A stretch of 64,000 bases of DNA from a bacterium (GTDB lineage: Bacteria > Oederibacteriota > PGYV01 > Palsa-1178), in the NCBI GenBank assembly GCA_037138355.1, contig JBAXIL010000003.1, forward strand, positions 1 to 64,000, in the 5' to 3' direction. Below, piece by piece: positions 48,416 to 58,238 of the stretch (positions are counted from its first letter, which is position 1; every line of letters starts with the position of its first letter). Both the position numbers and the translations under genes were made by a program. A model generated the notes under the pieces. The model had not been told where the DNA came from. It saw nothing but the letters and a program-made list of their open reading frames with translations, and made no database searches.

Positions 48416-49350
48416 TTCTTGCAGTTACTTTAAACTCCACCATAGACATTGTAATCCCTGTAAATAATCTAAAACCTGGCTCTGTTTCTCGAACTAAAGC
48501 CATATACACCTACCCCGGTGGTAAAGCAACTAATGTTGCCCGCGCCTTAAAACAACTCGGTGCCACTGCCCACGCTATTGGATTTGTAGGTATTAGGGAT
48601 TCTCGCGAAACAGAACATTTTCTTAAACACCACGGCGTTACTTCGTCTTATATCCCATGTACTGGTTCAAATAGAATATGCCTTCTTTTAACCGAAACTA
48701 AGGATGTCCCGAGAGAAACGGTAATAAACAGCGAATCTGACATAGACATAACAAAAAAAGAAATAGACATATTTTTACAACAACTTAAAACACTATCAAT
48801 TAAAGCTTCACACATTATCTTTTCAGGCAGTTTACCCTTATCATTGCCATCAAACTTTTATGAAACAGCCTTAAAAGTGGTAGATAAAAATTGTATCTCC
48901 ATACTTGACACTTCGGCCAAATATCTATTTCATGGTATAAAAGCATCCCCTAAAATAATAAAACAGAATCTAAGTGAGCTTGAATCAGCTTTTCATGTAA
49001 AACTAACAAATCCATCCAAAATTAAAAAATTTGTATCAGCACTTTCAATAAAATATAAGGTACCCATAATTATAGTAACTATGGATAAAAAGGGTTCGCT
49101 TGTGTTTGATAATGGAAGTTTTTATTTTTATCCAGCCATAAAAGTTAAAAAAATTATATCTCCTGTTGGTTCTGGTGATGCTTTTTCGGCAGGTTTAGTT
49201 TATGGATTATCAAAAGGATATAGCGTAAAAAACTCATGTAAATGGGCTGCCTCAGCTGCTTCTGCAAATTTGTCGCACTTGGGTTCGTGTTTTATTAGTA
49301 GGAAGAATGTATTAAAATATCTTGCCAATGCTAAAATTACTAATTATTGA
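48412..49350 (+). CDS. 1-phosphofructokinase-family (PfkB/LacC) sugar kinase
   Basis: VTLN..ID, GGKA.NVAR, SGSLP, VGSGDAF. Confidence 0.88.
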   Translation: MILAVTLNSTIDIVIPVNNLKPGSVSRTKAIYTYPGGKATNVARALKQLGATAHAIGFVGIRDSRETEHFLKHHGVTSSYIPCTGSNRICLLLTETKDVPRETVINSESDIDITKKEIDIFLQQLKTLSIKASHIIFSGSLPLSLPSNFYETALKVVDKNCISILDTSAKYLFHGIKASPKIIKQNLSELESAFHVKLTNPSKIKKFVSALSIKYKVPIIIVTMDKKGSLVFDNGSFYFYPAIKVKKIISPVGSGDAFSAGLVYGLSKGYSVKNSCKWAASAASANLSHLGSCFISRKNVLKYLANAKITNY

Positions 49351-49374
49351 TTTTAAAAATTAGTTTTAGTAAAA

Positions 49375-50274
49375 TTAATGTTTATAAAAAGGTTCAATGT
49401 GAATTAAAACATTCACTTCCCCATATAATTCAGCAATCTTTGTTTCTATTTTTTTTGTAAGTTCATGTGAGGCTTCTACTGTCATATTTCTATCTACTTT
49501 AACATGCATATCCACAAATATGGTTGAACCACTCTGCCGAGTTCTAATCTTATGGTAATCCCTAACCTCAGTAAAACATGCCAACATTTCATATATTTTA
49601 ATAAGTTCATTTTCATTTAAACCTTTATCAATTATCTGGTGCGTAAGTTTGTAAGACAACCTTATAAATATACCAATTACCCAAACTCCAACAAATATGG
49701 CACCAATCGGATCTATCTGCCAAATTTTCGTAAACTGCATAATAATAAGTGCACCTGCTATACCAAAAGATGTAACCACATCCGCACGCAAATGTTCTCC
49801 ATCTACCTCTATACCCACTGAACGAAGCTCTTTACCTTTTTTTATAAGATAATTAGAAACAAACAAATTTACTACACCAGATATCAACATCACAATAATA
49901 CCTGGAATAATGATTTCTGCGTGTGTCCCTTTCATAAATTTTCTATAACCTTCGTGTACAATTCCTACACCTATAATAAGAATGAGCACATTTTCTATCC
50001 AACCAGTTATAATTTCTACTTTACCATGTCCATATGGATGTTCTCTGTCCGGAGGACGTAAGGAACCCTTTACTCCAAAATAAGCAATCAATGACGCGAG
50101 GAGATCATTTGCCGAATGAAGCGCTTCTGCCACAACACTAACTAAACCTGTTAATAGTCCTACTACAAGCTTTAAAATAACTAAAACTATATTTGAAATT
50201 ACTGAAAGCATTATTATTTTTTCTTTTTCTTTTTTTACTTTTTCAGCCATTCCTTCATAATTTTCAGTACTCAT
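49375..50274 (-). CDS. Cation diffusion facilitator transporter
   Basis: HS..D, PPDREHPYGHGK.E, HLRAD, IHIEP. Confidence 0.95.
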   Translation of the reverse strand: MSTENYEGMAEKVKKEKEKIIMLSVISNIVLVILKLVVGLLTGLVSVVAEALHSANDLLASLIAYFGVKGSLRPPDREHPYGHGKVEIITGWIENVLILIIGVGIVHEGYRKFMKGTHAEIIIPGIIVMLISGVVNLFVSNYLIKKGKELRSVGIEVDGEHLRADVVTSFGIAGALIIMQFTKIWQIDPIGAIFVGVWVIGIFIRLSYKLTHQIIDKGLNENELIKIYEMLACFTEVRDYHKIRTRQSGSTIFVDMHVKVDRNMTVEASHELTKKIETKIAELYGEVNVLIHIEPFYKH

Positions 50275-50298
50275 TTAATTCCTCTTTTAAAATTTTAT

Positions 50299-51990
50299 TT
50301 ATTCCCTATATTTATTTGTTATTGGCATTCTTCTATCTCTACCAAAAGCTTTTGGTGTAATCTTTATACCTGGAGGGGCTTGTCTTCTCTTATATTCGTT
50401 AATATCAATCAAGCGTATAACTCTACGAAGAATCTCATCATCATATTTTCCTTTTAAATCACCATAAGTCTTATCATTTTCCACATAATCTTCAATTATT
50501 TTATCTAACACTTCGTATTCCGGTAATGAATCAGAATCTTTTTGATTAAATTTAAGCTCCGCTGTTGGGGCTTTATTTATTATATTTTCTGGAATAAGTT
50601 GCTTTCCTGCTTTATTATTTATCATTTTTGATATTCTATAAACAAGTGTTTTAGGAACATCCTTTATAACCGCAAATCCACCTGCCATATCTCCGTATAA
50701 AGTAGCATAGCCAGTTGACATTTCACTTTTATTCCCAGTTGTTAGTACAAGCCAGTTAAATTTATTAGATAAAGCCATATTTATATTTCCGCGTATTCTT
50801 GCCTGAAGATTTTCTTCCGTAGTATCTGTTTTGGTGTTTTTGAACTCATGTTTTAAGTGTCCAAGCAGTGTGTCCACAGTTTCCTGTATGTCTATATTTT
50901 TCATTTTAATTTTAAGATTATTTGATAATTGTTCAGCATCATCATGAGATTCCACTGAAGAAAACTTAGACGGCATAAAAACGAGATTTACATTTTCTGC
51001 CCCTAAAGCATCTGCCGCTATAACAGCCACAAGTGCTGAATCAATTCCACCGCTCAAACCCAATACCACCTTTTTGAAACCATTCTTTTTCACATAATCA
51101 TGCGTACCCATAACTAATGCTTCATACACTTCCTCTTCCAAAGAAAAAGGTTCATATTTTTCTGGTTGTAATATTTTTGTTTTTTCCACACTAACTTGCA
51201 GCTTCTCTTTTTTTATCTTATTGTTTGAAGGAAGTTCAAAAACCATATCTTTTTCCTTAAACTGCGATCCGTGTAATAGTATAGAACCTTTTTCATTTAT
51301 AACGAGACTATGACCATCAAATACAAGTTCATCCTGTCCGCCTACTAAATTACAATAAACAATAATAACCCCATATTTTTTAGCTTGTTTTTTAAAAACA
51401 TCTGTCCTTTCTTTCCATTTTTCCATATGATAAGGAGAAGCGCTCATATTTATCAAAAAATCCATTTTCCTTTTTTGCTTTTCAAGAACAGCACATGGCT
51501 GCCATAAATCCTCGCATATAGAAAGTCCCATATTGGTACCTTTCACCTTGAAAATAAGTCCTTTATTACCTGCCTTAAAATATCTTTTTTCATCAAAGAC
51601 ACCATAATTAGGAAGATTTATCTTGTCATAAGATGCCAGTATTTTACCATCTGCCAATACAGCTGCAGAATTATATAGACCATCTTTTTTTGAATTAACA
51701 TACCCCACTACGGCTGTAATACCCCTTGTTTCATAAGCTATTTCCTTAAGTGCCTTTAAATTGCTATCAACGAACCTTTTTTTATGCAGAAGATCTTCAG
51801 GGGGATACCCCGTAATCGTCATTTCTGGAAATATTATTATATCCGCTCCAGCGCGCGAAGCTTCTTTTATTTTGTGTATAATAAGATTTTTATTGCCGCT
51901 TATATCTCCAACGGTTATATTCAGCTGCGCAAGAAAAAACCTTATTTTATTTTTTTTATCTTTCAACAAACTTTCTCCTTTTATTACCAC
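50299..51990 (-). CDS. nadE: Glutamine-dependent NAD+ synthetase (true start probably a TTG 7-8 codons in)
   Basis: Nitrilase triad FPE/K/ICED plus GLSGGIDS, ENLQARIRG, GNKSE, TLYGD. Confidence 0.97.
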   Translation of the reverse strand: MVIKGESLLKDKKNKIRFFLAQLNITVGDISGNKNLIIHKIKEASRAGADIIIFPEMTITGYPPEDLLHKKRFVDSNLKALKEIAYETRGITAVVGYVNSKKDGLYNSAAVLADGKILASYDKINLPNYGVFDEKRYFKAGNKGLIFKVKGTNMGLSICEDLWQPCAVLEKQKRKMDFLINMSASPYHMEKWKERTDVFKKQAKKYGVIIVYCNLVGGQDELVFDGHSLVINEKGSILLHGSQFKEKDMVFELPSNNKIKKEKLQVSVEKTKILQPEKYEPFSLEEEVYEALVMGTHDYVKKNGFKKVVLGLSGGIDSALVAVIAADALGAENVNLVFMPSKFSSVESHDDAEQLSNNLKIKMKNIDIQETVDTLLGHLKHEFKNTKTDTTEENLQARIRGNINMALSNKFNWLVLTTGNKSEMSTGYATLYGDMAGGFAVIKDVPKTLVYRISKMINNKAGKQLIPENIINKAPTAELKFNQKDSDSLPEYEVLDKIIEDYVENDKTYGDLKGKYDDEILRRVIRLIDINEYKRRQAPPGIKITPKAFGRDRRMPITNKYRE

Positions 51991-52024
51991 ATCAAATCAT
52001 TTTTCCAAAAGCTATTACAATACG

Positions 52025-53227
52025 CTAAACTTTTTCATAAGGATCAAATAGTTTTTTATATTCTTCAAGTATAAACCTGTCCGTCATACCAGCAATATAA
52101 TCGCAAATGACGCGTCTTATAGAATCTTTTCCAAGCCTTTTTCTGGCTTCAGGTGGAAGTATGGACGACTCAACTCCTCTTTTGTCAATTACAGAACCAC
52201 GCTTGTCATATATCATAAATAGTTCTTCTATTATTTTTTCTGCCTTATATTCCATTCTTATAACCTTGTAGTGCTTGTAAAAATTTTTATACAAAAACTC
52301 CTTTAAATTTTTGTGTGTTTTTACCATATCATCATCAAACTCAACTAAACTTTTTTTATGAGCTCTCACTTTTTCAACAGAATCTATCTCATATTTTTTT
52401 ATATTTGATAAGGTATTTTCAACTAAGTTTGTAATTTGAAGGTTTATTAAAGCTCTACATATATTATATTTTTTCATATCAAGTGGAAGGCTATCAAATT
52501 TATTCTTATCTAAAGTCTTTTCTATTTTTCCCCAGATTACTGTTTCTTTTAACATTTCCACACTTAGTATTCCTGATGTAATTCCGTCATCCATATCATG
52601 TGAGTTATAAGCTATCTCATCTGCTAAGTTTACTATTTGTGCTTCCATAGTTGGAGATAGGTGTGGATCATAATCTTTACATGCTGGATTATCATACTCT
52701 GTAGAATGTTTTATTATTCCTTCTTTTGTTTCCCATGTAAGGTTTATACCATCAAAATCAGGATATTTTTGTTCTAATTCATGTAGGACTCTCAAGCTCT
52801 GCTTATTATGCTCAAATCCGCCATCTTCTTTCATTAATCTATTTAATACCGTTTCTCCAGAGTGTCCAAACGGGGTATGTCCAATATCATGTGCAAGTGC
52901 GATTGACTCAGTTAATTCTTCATTCAAACGAAGCGTTTTTGCTACACTTCTCGCAATCTGTGCTACTTCACTTGTGTGAGTTAACCTCGTCCGGTAATAA
53001 TCGCCTTCAAGATTTACAAATACCTGCGTTTTATATTCAAGCCTTCTAAAAGCAGTGGAGTGTATTATTCTATCCCTATCTCTCTGATATACTGATCGAA
53101 ATGGGTGTTCTTCTTCTTTATAGGTACGCCCTTTGGTCTGTGAGCTTTTCATGGCATAATTGGCAAGAGTATTTTCTTCAAACTCTTCAAGTTTTTTTCT
53201 TGTAAGCAGATACTGATTTTCTTTCAT
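52025..53227 (-). CDS. dgt: Deoxyguanosinetriphosphate triphosphohydrolase
   Basis: RDRDRIIHS..FRRL..KTQVF, RTRLTH, HDIGHTPFGH, DYIAGMTD. Confidence 0.96.
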   Translation of the reverse strand: MKENQYLLTRKKLEEFEENTLANYAMKSSQTKGRTYKEEEHPFRSVYQRDRDRIIHSTAFRRLEYKTQVFVNLEGDYYRTRLTHTSEVAQIARSVAKTLRLNEELTESIALAHDIGHTPFGHSGETVLNRLMKEDGGFEHNKQSLRVLHELEQKYPDFDGINLTWETKEGIIKHSTEYDNPACKDYDPHLSPTMEAQIVNLADEIAYNSHDMDDGITSGILSVEMLKETVIWGKIEKTLDKNKFDSLPLDMKKYNICRALINLQITNLVENTLSNIKKYEIDSVEKVRAHKKSLVEFDDDMVKTHKNLKEFLYKNFYKHYKVIRMEYKAEKIIEELFMIYDKRGSVIDKRGVESSILPPEARKRLGKDSIRRVICDYIAGMTDRFILEEYKKLFDPYEKV

Positions 53228-53292
53228 TTTGACTCCTAATAAACGAGGTTTGAACTATCCCCTATGTAATAAATCAATCGATAATATATTGA

Positions 53293-53321
53293 TTATACAC
53301 TGCTCACTTCCTGCTTGCAAG
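53293..53321 (-). promoter_or_regulatory. sigma70-type promoter of dgt-nadE-CDF
   Basis: TTGCAA-17-TATAAT on the minus strand. Confidence 0.7.
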
Positions 53322-53416
53322 TTGTAAATGTCCATATATGTAAGTATTAACCTATAAAAAATTCAAGTGAAGTATAATTTATTATTTTTTTTTAATACAA
53401 TTGAAAAACTAATGAA

Positions 53417-55621
53417 CTATAATTTTTCCAGGTTTGCTAATTTTGCTGACAAAAGTTTTTTTCCATCATGACGGAATAAAATCGTGACATATACATCATC
53501 TCCGCGTAGTTCCGCCTTCAATATGGTACCTTGTCCATATTTTTTGTGTTTTACTTTTTGGCCTGGTATATATTGTGCTTCTGCCGGTTCATCATCATAA
53601 ATAATTGTCGAGTCTGTATTTTGATTAGAAACCAGCGTCTCGTCATCTGGGCCATTTCCATAATATTTTTCATGCGTTTGTTTTACAGGCAATCTACCTT
53701 TGCGTTCTAAAATATCCTCAGGTATCTCATCTACAAATCTTGATATTTTCGCCCTATTTGTTTCTCCAAACTGCTTACGAGATACTGCACTCATTATATA
53801 TAATTTTTTTCTCGCCCTTGTTATAGCCACATACGCCAACCTGCGTTCTTCTTCTATCCCACCTGGTTCATCTATGGAATTTCTGTGTGGAAATATACCT
53901 TCGTCCATACCTGTCAAAAATACAAGGTCAAATTCAAGACCTTTTGCACTATGTATAGTCATGAGTGTGACGGCCTCTTCATTTTCATCAAGTTTGTCCA
54001 CTTGAGACATTAGAGCCACCTGCTGAAGAAAGTCATCTAAAGTTGCGTCCTTTTTTTCGTCTTCATATTCTGCCATAGCTGAGACAAGTTCCTTTACATT
54101 CTCAATTCTTTCTTTTGCCTTAGGAGTATGATCGCTTTCCCAATGGCTTATGTAACCTGTCTCCGTTAATATCCTTGCCATTATTTCTTTTAACCTAATA
54201 GTATCTTTATGTTTATTCATTGACATCATAAAATCATGAAAACTTTTCAATGCAGTTTTTGCAGCACCTTTCACATCCACCATTGCATCTGATTTTTCCA
54301 TAGCCTCAAAAAATGATAAATTATGTTGAAAAGCAAAAGCTTCGAGCTTATCAACTGTAGTATCACTAATTCCACGCGGTGGAACATTTATTATTCGTTT
54401 TGTTGACAAAACATCACGGGGATTTGAAATAACCCGCAAATATGCAAGCATATCTTTTATTTCCATTCTGCCATAAAAAGACAGGCCACCAATTAACTTA
54501 TATCTGACACCAGCTCTGATAAACCGTTCTTCAATAACTCGTGACTGCGCATTAGTTCTATAAAACACTGCTATATCTTTCAATTTTATATCATTATTAT
54601 TGATAGTTTTATATATTTCTTTTATCACAGTCTCTGCTTCCATAACTTCATTCTCTAAATAATAAAATGTTATTTTTTCACCTATATCATTCTCTGTCCA
54701 AAGTTCTTTACCTTTTCTTCCTTCATTATTTTTGATAACAGCATGCGCAGCTTTTAGTATAGTTTTAGTAGAACGATAATTTTGTTCCAACCTTATTACT
54801 TTAGTATTCTTATAATCTTCTTCAAATTCCAATATATTGGTTATGTCTGCTCCGCGAAAACGATATATTGACTGGTCGTCATCTCCAACAACACAAATAT
54901 TTTTATATTTCTCAGCTAACATTGATATGAGTGTGTATTGAGAATTATTGATATCTTGATACTCATCTATTAATATATATTTAAATTTTTCCCTATAGGC
55001 CTCGAGAATACTTGGATTTTTCTTAAGTAATTCAATTGGTTTAGATATCAAATCATCAAAATCCACAGCATTATTTTTAGCAAGCTTGAATTCGCTTAAA
55101 GCATACACCCTTGCTATGGCTTTGGATTCATAATCATCTGCATATAAATCTTCAAACTGTTTTGGGGATAAAAGTTCGTTTTTAATTGAGGATATGCGTT
55201 TTATAATTTCATATGGTCGCATTTCTTTATCTGAAACTTTTACCTCATGCATGCATTCCTTAATAAGTCTTTCCCTGTCATCCTCATCATATATGGAAAA
55301 ACTTTTTGTATAACCAAGTCGTTCTGCGTGAGCCCTTAGTATTCTACATCCCAAAGAATGAAAAGTTGACATAAATATCTTGTCTGCCTCTTTGCCCACT
55401 GCTTTTTTGATACGCAGCTTCATTTCCTGAGCGGCCTTATTGGTAAATGTAACAGCAAGAATATTTTCAGGTTTTACACTATGTTCTTTAAGTAAGTTTG
55501 CTATGCGATAAGTAATTACCCTGGTTTTGCCACTACCTGCACCAGCAAGTATCAGTATAGGACCATCTTTATGGCACACAGCTTCGTATTGTTCTTTATT
55601 CATTATTTTTTTTATATCCAT
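53417..55621 (-). CDS. pcrA: ATP-dependent DNA helicase PcrA/UvrD
   Basis: AGAGSGKT, DEYQD, GDDDQSIY.FRGA, NYRST, HSAKGLEF, EERRL.YVA.TRA. Confidence 0.97.
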   Translation of the reverse strand: MDIKKIMNKEQYEAVCHKDGPILILAGAGSGKTRVITYRIANLLKEHSVKPENILAVTFTNKAAQEMKLRIKKAVGKEADKIFMSTFHSLGCRILRAHAERLGYTKSFSIYDEDDRERLIKECMHEVKVSDKEMRPYEIIKRISSIKNELLSPKQFEDLYADDYESKAIARVYALSEFKLAKNNAVDFDDLISKPIELLKKNPSILEAYREKFKYILIDEYQDINNSQYTLISMLAEKYKNICVVGDDDQSIYRFRGADITNILEFEEDYKNTKVIRLEQNYRSTKTILKAAHAVIKNNEGRKGKELWTENDIGEKITFYYLENEVMEAETVIKEIYKTINNNDIKLKDIAVFYRTNAQSRVIEERFIRAGVRYKLIGGLSFYGRMEIKDMLAYLRVISNPRDVLSTKRIINVPPRGISDTTVDKLEAFAFQHNLSFFEAMEKSDAMVDVKGAAKTALKSFHDFMMSMNKHKDTIRLKEIMARILTETGYISHWESDHTPKAKERIENVKELVSAMAEYEDEKKDATLDDFLQQVALMSQVDKLDENEEAVTLMTIHSAKGLEFDLVFLTGMDEGIFPHRNSIDEPGGIEEERRLAYVAITRARKKLYIMSAVSRKQFGETNRAKISRFVDEIPEDILERKGRLPVKQTHEKYYGNGPDDETLVSNQNTDSTIIYDDEPAEAQYIPGQKVKHKKYGQGTILKAELRGDDVYVTILFRHDGKKLLSAKLANLEKL

Positions 55622-55688
55622 GATTTCCTTTTTCTTGTATGAGTATTTTAAGTAGATTAAATATTTTTTTGAAAATATAACTTGAATG

Positions 55689-55716
55689 ATTATATAAGTG
55701 TTTTGGCTTTTGTCAA
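55689..55716 (-). promoter_or_regulatory. sigma70-type promoter of pcrA
   Basis: TTGACA-16-TATAAT. Confidence 0.7.
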
Positions 55717-55717
55717 T

Positions 55718-55745
55718 AAAAGAAAAAGAGCGGCAATGTCCGCTC
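55718..55745 (-). terminator. Intrinsic terminator
   Basis: GAGCGG/CCGCTC stem followed by U tract on the minus strand. Confidence 0.7.
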
Positions 55746-55768
55746 TCCTTACAAAATTGAATATAATA

Positions 55769-55966
55769 TTATTGTTTAATTGATTTTAGTTTTAGCACGC
55801 CAGAGTGAACTAATGACATAATAGTAACTGTAGATACGCCTGTTTTTAAAGAGACATCCATAACCGAAGCCATAGGATTCTTATTTAAATATTCTTTTAC
55901 CTTTTTAATATCAGGTAAATTATTTTCCTGTATGAATTTCCTAACTTTATCCCTGTCATTATTCAT
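55769..55966 (-). CDS. Small HTH protein similar to the C-terminal part of YvyF-type proteins
   Basis: KVKEYL..NP.AS..DVS..TGVS...I..L...G.L pattern. Confidence 0.6.
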   Translation of the reverse strand: MNNDRDKVRKFIQENNLPDIKKVKEYLNKNPMASVMDVSLKTGVSTVTIMSLVHSGVLKLKSIKQ

Positions 55967-56013
55967 TATTTACCCTTTCAAATTATTTGAGCCTTGTTGT
56001 TCATTACAAAAAC

Positions 56014-56574
56014 TTAAAATATTTTCAAATGCTCAATTAATATCTTAACACCTATTCCTATCAAAATCAACCCTCCAAGAATTTCAGCACGCCTACCAAA
56101 CATTTGACCTACTTTTTTACCAATTGCCCCACCTAAAAGCGTAAATGCAAATGAAACCGATCCAATTAAAACAACTGGTATTAACATATCATATTTCATT
56201 ACAGAAAAACTTACACCCACTGCCAGTGCATCTATGCTCGTTGCAAAAGACAACCATATGAGTGCTTTTCCAGTAGTATAATCACTTTTTCCCTCACTGT
56301 TTTTTTCTAAACCCTCTTTTAACATTTTAGTTCCTATTAGTACAAGCAAACCAAAGGCAATCCAATGATCAAAGTTTTTTATCAGTGCTATAAAACTATT
56401 TCCAGCCAACCACCCAAATAAAGTCATGAGTGACTGGAAAATACCAAATAATAAACCCATAGATAAAAGATTATTTAACTTAAAACCCTTTCCCGTTGTG
56501 CCTGCTGATATTGCTACCGCAAAACAATCCATAGCAAGTCCAATTGAAATAAGAATCATTGTAAGTAAGTCCAT
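56014..56574 (-). CDS. mntP: Manganese efflux pump MntP
   Basis: GLAMD.FAV, DHWIAF.LL..IG, ATSIDALAVG. Confidence 0.92.
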   Translation of the reverse strand: MDLLTMILISIGLAMDCFAVAISAGTTGKGFKLNNLLSMGLLFGIFQSLMTLFGWLAGNSFIALIKNFDHWIAFGLLVLIGTKMLKEGLEKNSEGKSDYTTGKALIWLSFATSIDALAVGVSFSVMKYDMLIPVVLIGSVSFAFTLLGGAIGKKVGQMFGRRAEILGGLILIGIGVKILIEHLKIF

Positions 56575-56589
56575 TAATACCTCTCTTCA

Positions 56590-57522
56590 TTAATTGGCGA
56601 GTTTCACCGTCTTCGAAAGTTCGCCTAAATCATTTGTATTAAGCGAGCGTTTTCCGCTATCACGCTTTCTTGACATGCGTGATAAAAATGTCCCTGGCCC
56701 TATTTCTACAAATGTATTAACTGCATTTTTTAACATAGTTTCCAAACTTAAATCTATTCGTGAAGGTTTGAAAATATAATCAGTAAACTTCTCTTTGATT
56801 TCCTGTACATTATCATAATAATTTCCTGTTGTTTGGCAAATTATACGCTGCTTTGGTTTGTCCATAGGTATTTTTTTAAAAACTTCCTTTAATCTATCTG
56901 CTATTGGCTTTAATATAGAAAAACAAGCCGACTCTTCATGTGGTATATTAATAACTGATCCGTTTAATTTTTTAAATAATTCAGTTAATTTATCCTTATC
57001 CTTAGTCTCACAAACTATAATGGTAGAATCTTTTCCATTGTATGATACTATTTCTGCCTTAACTGTGTTTTTCAACTCTGAGATAACCTTTTCAACCTGC
57101 ATTACCTGCACAGTATTTATGAGCAAATGTTGAAAAAAACCTTTACCCACTTCATCACTAATCATTTGTTTTTTAACAAAAAGAAAATCAATGGCATTAT
57201 CAAAAGATATTGCTTCGGAACACACAAGAGCCATTAGCTCTCCAGCTTTATACCCAAACATTTGTTCAGGCATAACTTTGTAATCTTTTAAAATATCAAA
57301 AATACCTCTCTGATAAACAGCATTTATTATGATTCCATTTTCTTCAAGCATAAGCTCTTCCACAGGTCCTAAAAATGAGAGTTTATTTATCTTAAAATCA
57401 CTATATTTTTTTTCTACTTTATCGTAGTACTGCCTCATAATCCAAGATGAATCATATGCTTTTTTGCCGAGGCTCACATACTGATATCCAGCGCCAGTAA
57501 ACATATAACCTATAGCTGCCAA
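56590..57522 (-). CDS. FabD-fold (malonyl-CoA:ACP transacylase-like) protein lacking catalytic residues
   Basis: F.G.G.Q, GP.EEL, GYKAGE in place of GHSLGE, FVEIGPG; start likely TTG 57522 after AGGAGG. Confidence 0.8.
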   Translation of the reverse strand: MAAIGYMFTGAGYQYVSLGKKAYDSSWIMRQYYDKVEKKYSDFKINKLSFLGPVEELMLEENGIIINAVYQRGIFDILKDYKVMPEQMFGYKAGELMALVCSEAISFDNAIDFLFVKKQMISDEVGKGFFQHLLINTVQVMQVEKVISELKNTVKAEIVSYNGKDSTIIVCETKDKDKLTELFKKLNGSVINIPHEESACFSILKPIADRLKEVFKKIPMDKPKQRIICQTTGNYYDNVQEIKEKFTDYIFKPSRIDLSLETMLKNAVNTFVEIGPGTFLSRMSRKRDSGKRSLNTNDLGELSKTVKLAN

Positions 57523-57546
57523 AATATACCTCCTAAAATGCACCTT

Positions 57547-58224
57547 CTATTTTTTAGTTATGACTACCATTCCAAAATCACCTAAAGGAAGATTTATCTT
57601 TTCTAATACATCATCCGCAAATGGAAATAAATAACCAACCGTAATAGGCATATAAAGCGTATATTTTACAGTATATTTATAACTGATATCCTTAACTCCC
57701 AAAGCTTCCTTTATTATGGTTGTTATTTCAGTCCCTGATAAAGGTGCCGAATCATTATAAACAGCCCTACGCTCTCTCACTTTAAATATTTTTGAAAGAG
57801 AGTTTTTATTCAGAAAACCTATTGCCACTTTTTTTGCTGCTACCCGAAAAGCTTCTTTTAAAGCGGCTTTTTTATCAAACGCAAATCCAAAAGTGTTCAT
57901 AAATATAACATTATCAAAAGAACCGTTTCCAAGAGGCAATTTTTCATACGGACACCTAATAAGCTGTTCATTTTTTATAGTGGATTTCTGTCGAGCTTTT
58001 TTTATAAGTTCTTCAACTGGTTCTACTCCTACTGCTTCAAGACCTAAATCACACAAATATTCAAGGTTTCTTCCTGTGCCGCAGCCTATTTCTAATACAC
58101 GCTCACTTCTTTTAAAACGAATACTATTAATAAGCAATTCTTTTTCTTTGTCATCTGTGTACATCCCTGCAGGTGACAAAAACCATCTCTCATAATTTGA
58201 AACTATATCGCGTTCTACAACCAT
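57547..58224 (-). CDS. Class I SAM-dependent methyltransferase
   Basis: VLEIGCGTG, LP...SFD. Confidence 0.88.
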   Translation of the reverse strand: MVVERDIVSNYERWFLSPAGMYTDDKEKELLINSIRFKRSERVLEIGCGTGRNLEYLCDLGLEAVGVEPVEELIKKARQKSTIKNEQLIRCPYEKLPLGNGSFDNVIFMNTFGFAFDKKAALKEAFRVAAKKVAIGFLNKNSLSKIFKVRERRAVYNDSAPLSGTEITTIIKEALGVKDISYKYTVKYTLYMPITVGYLFPFADDVLEKINLPLGDFGMVVITKK

Positions 58225-58238
58225 GTATTGTCTCCTGT

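Noticed and set aside
56575..56589. yybP-ykoY Mn riboswitch before mntP
   Set aside because: Only 15 bp of intergenic space
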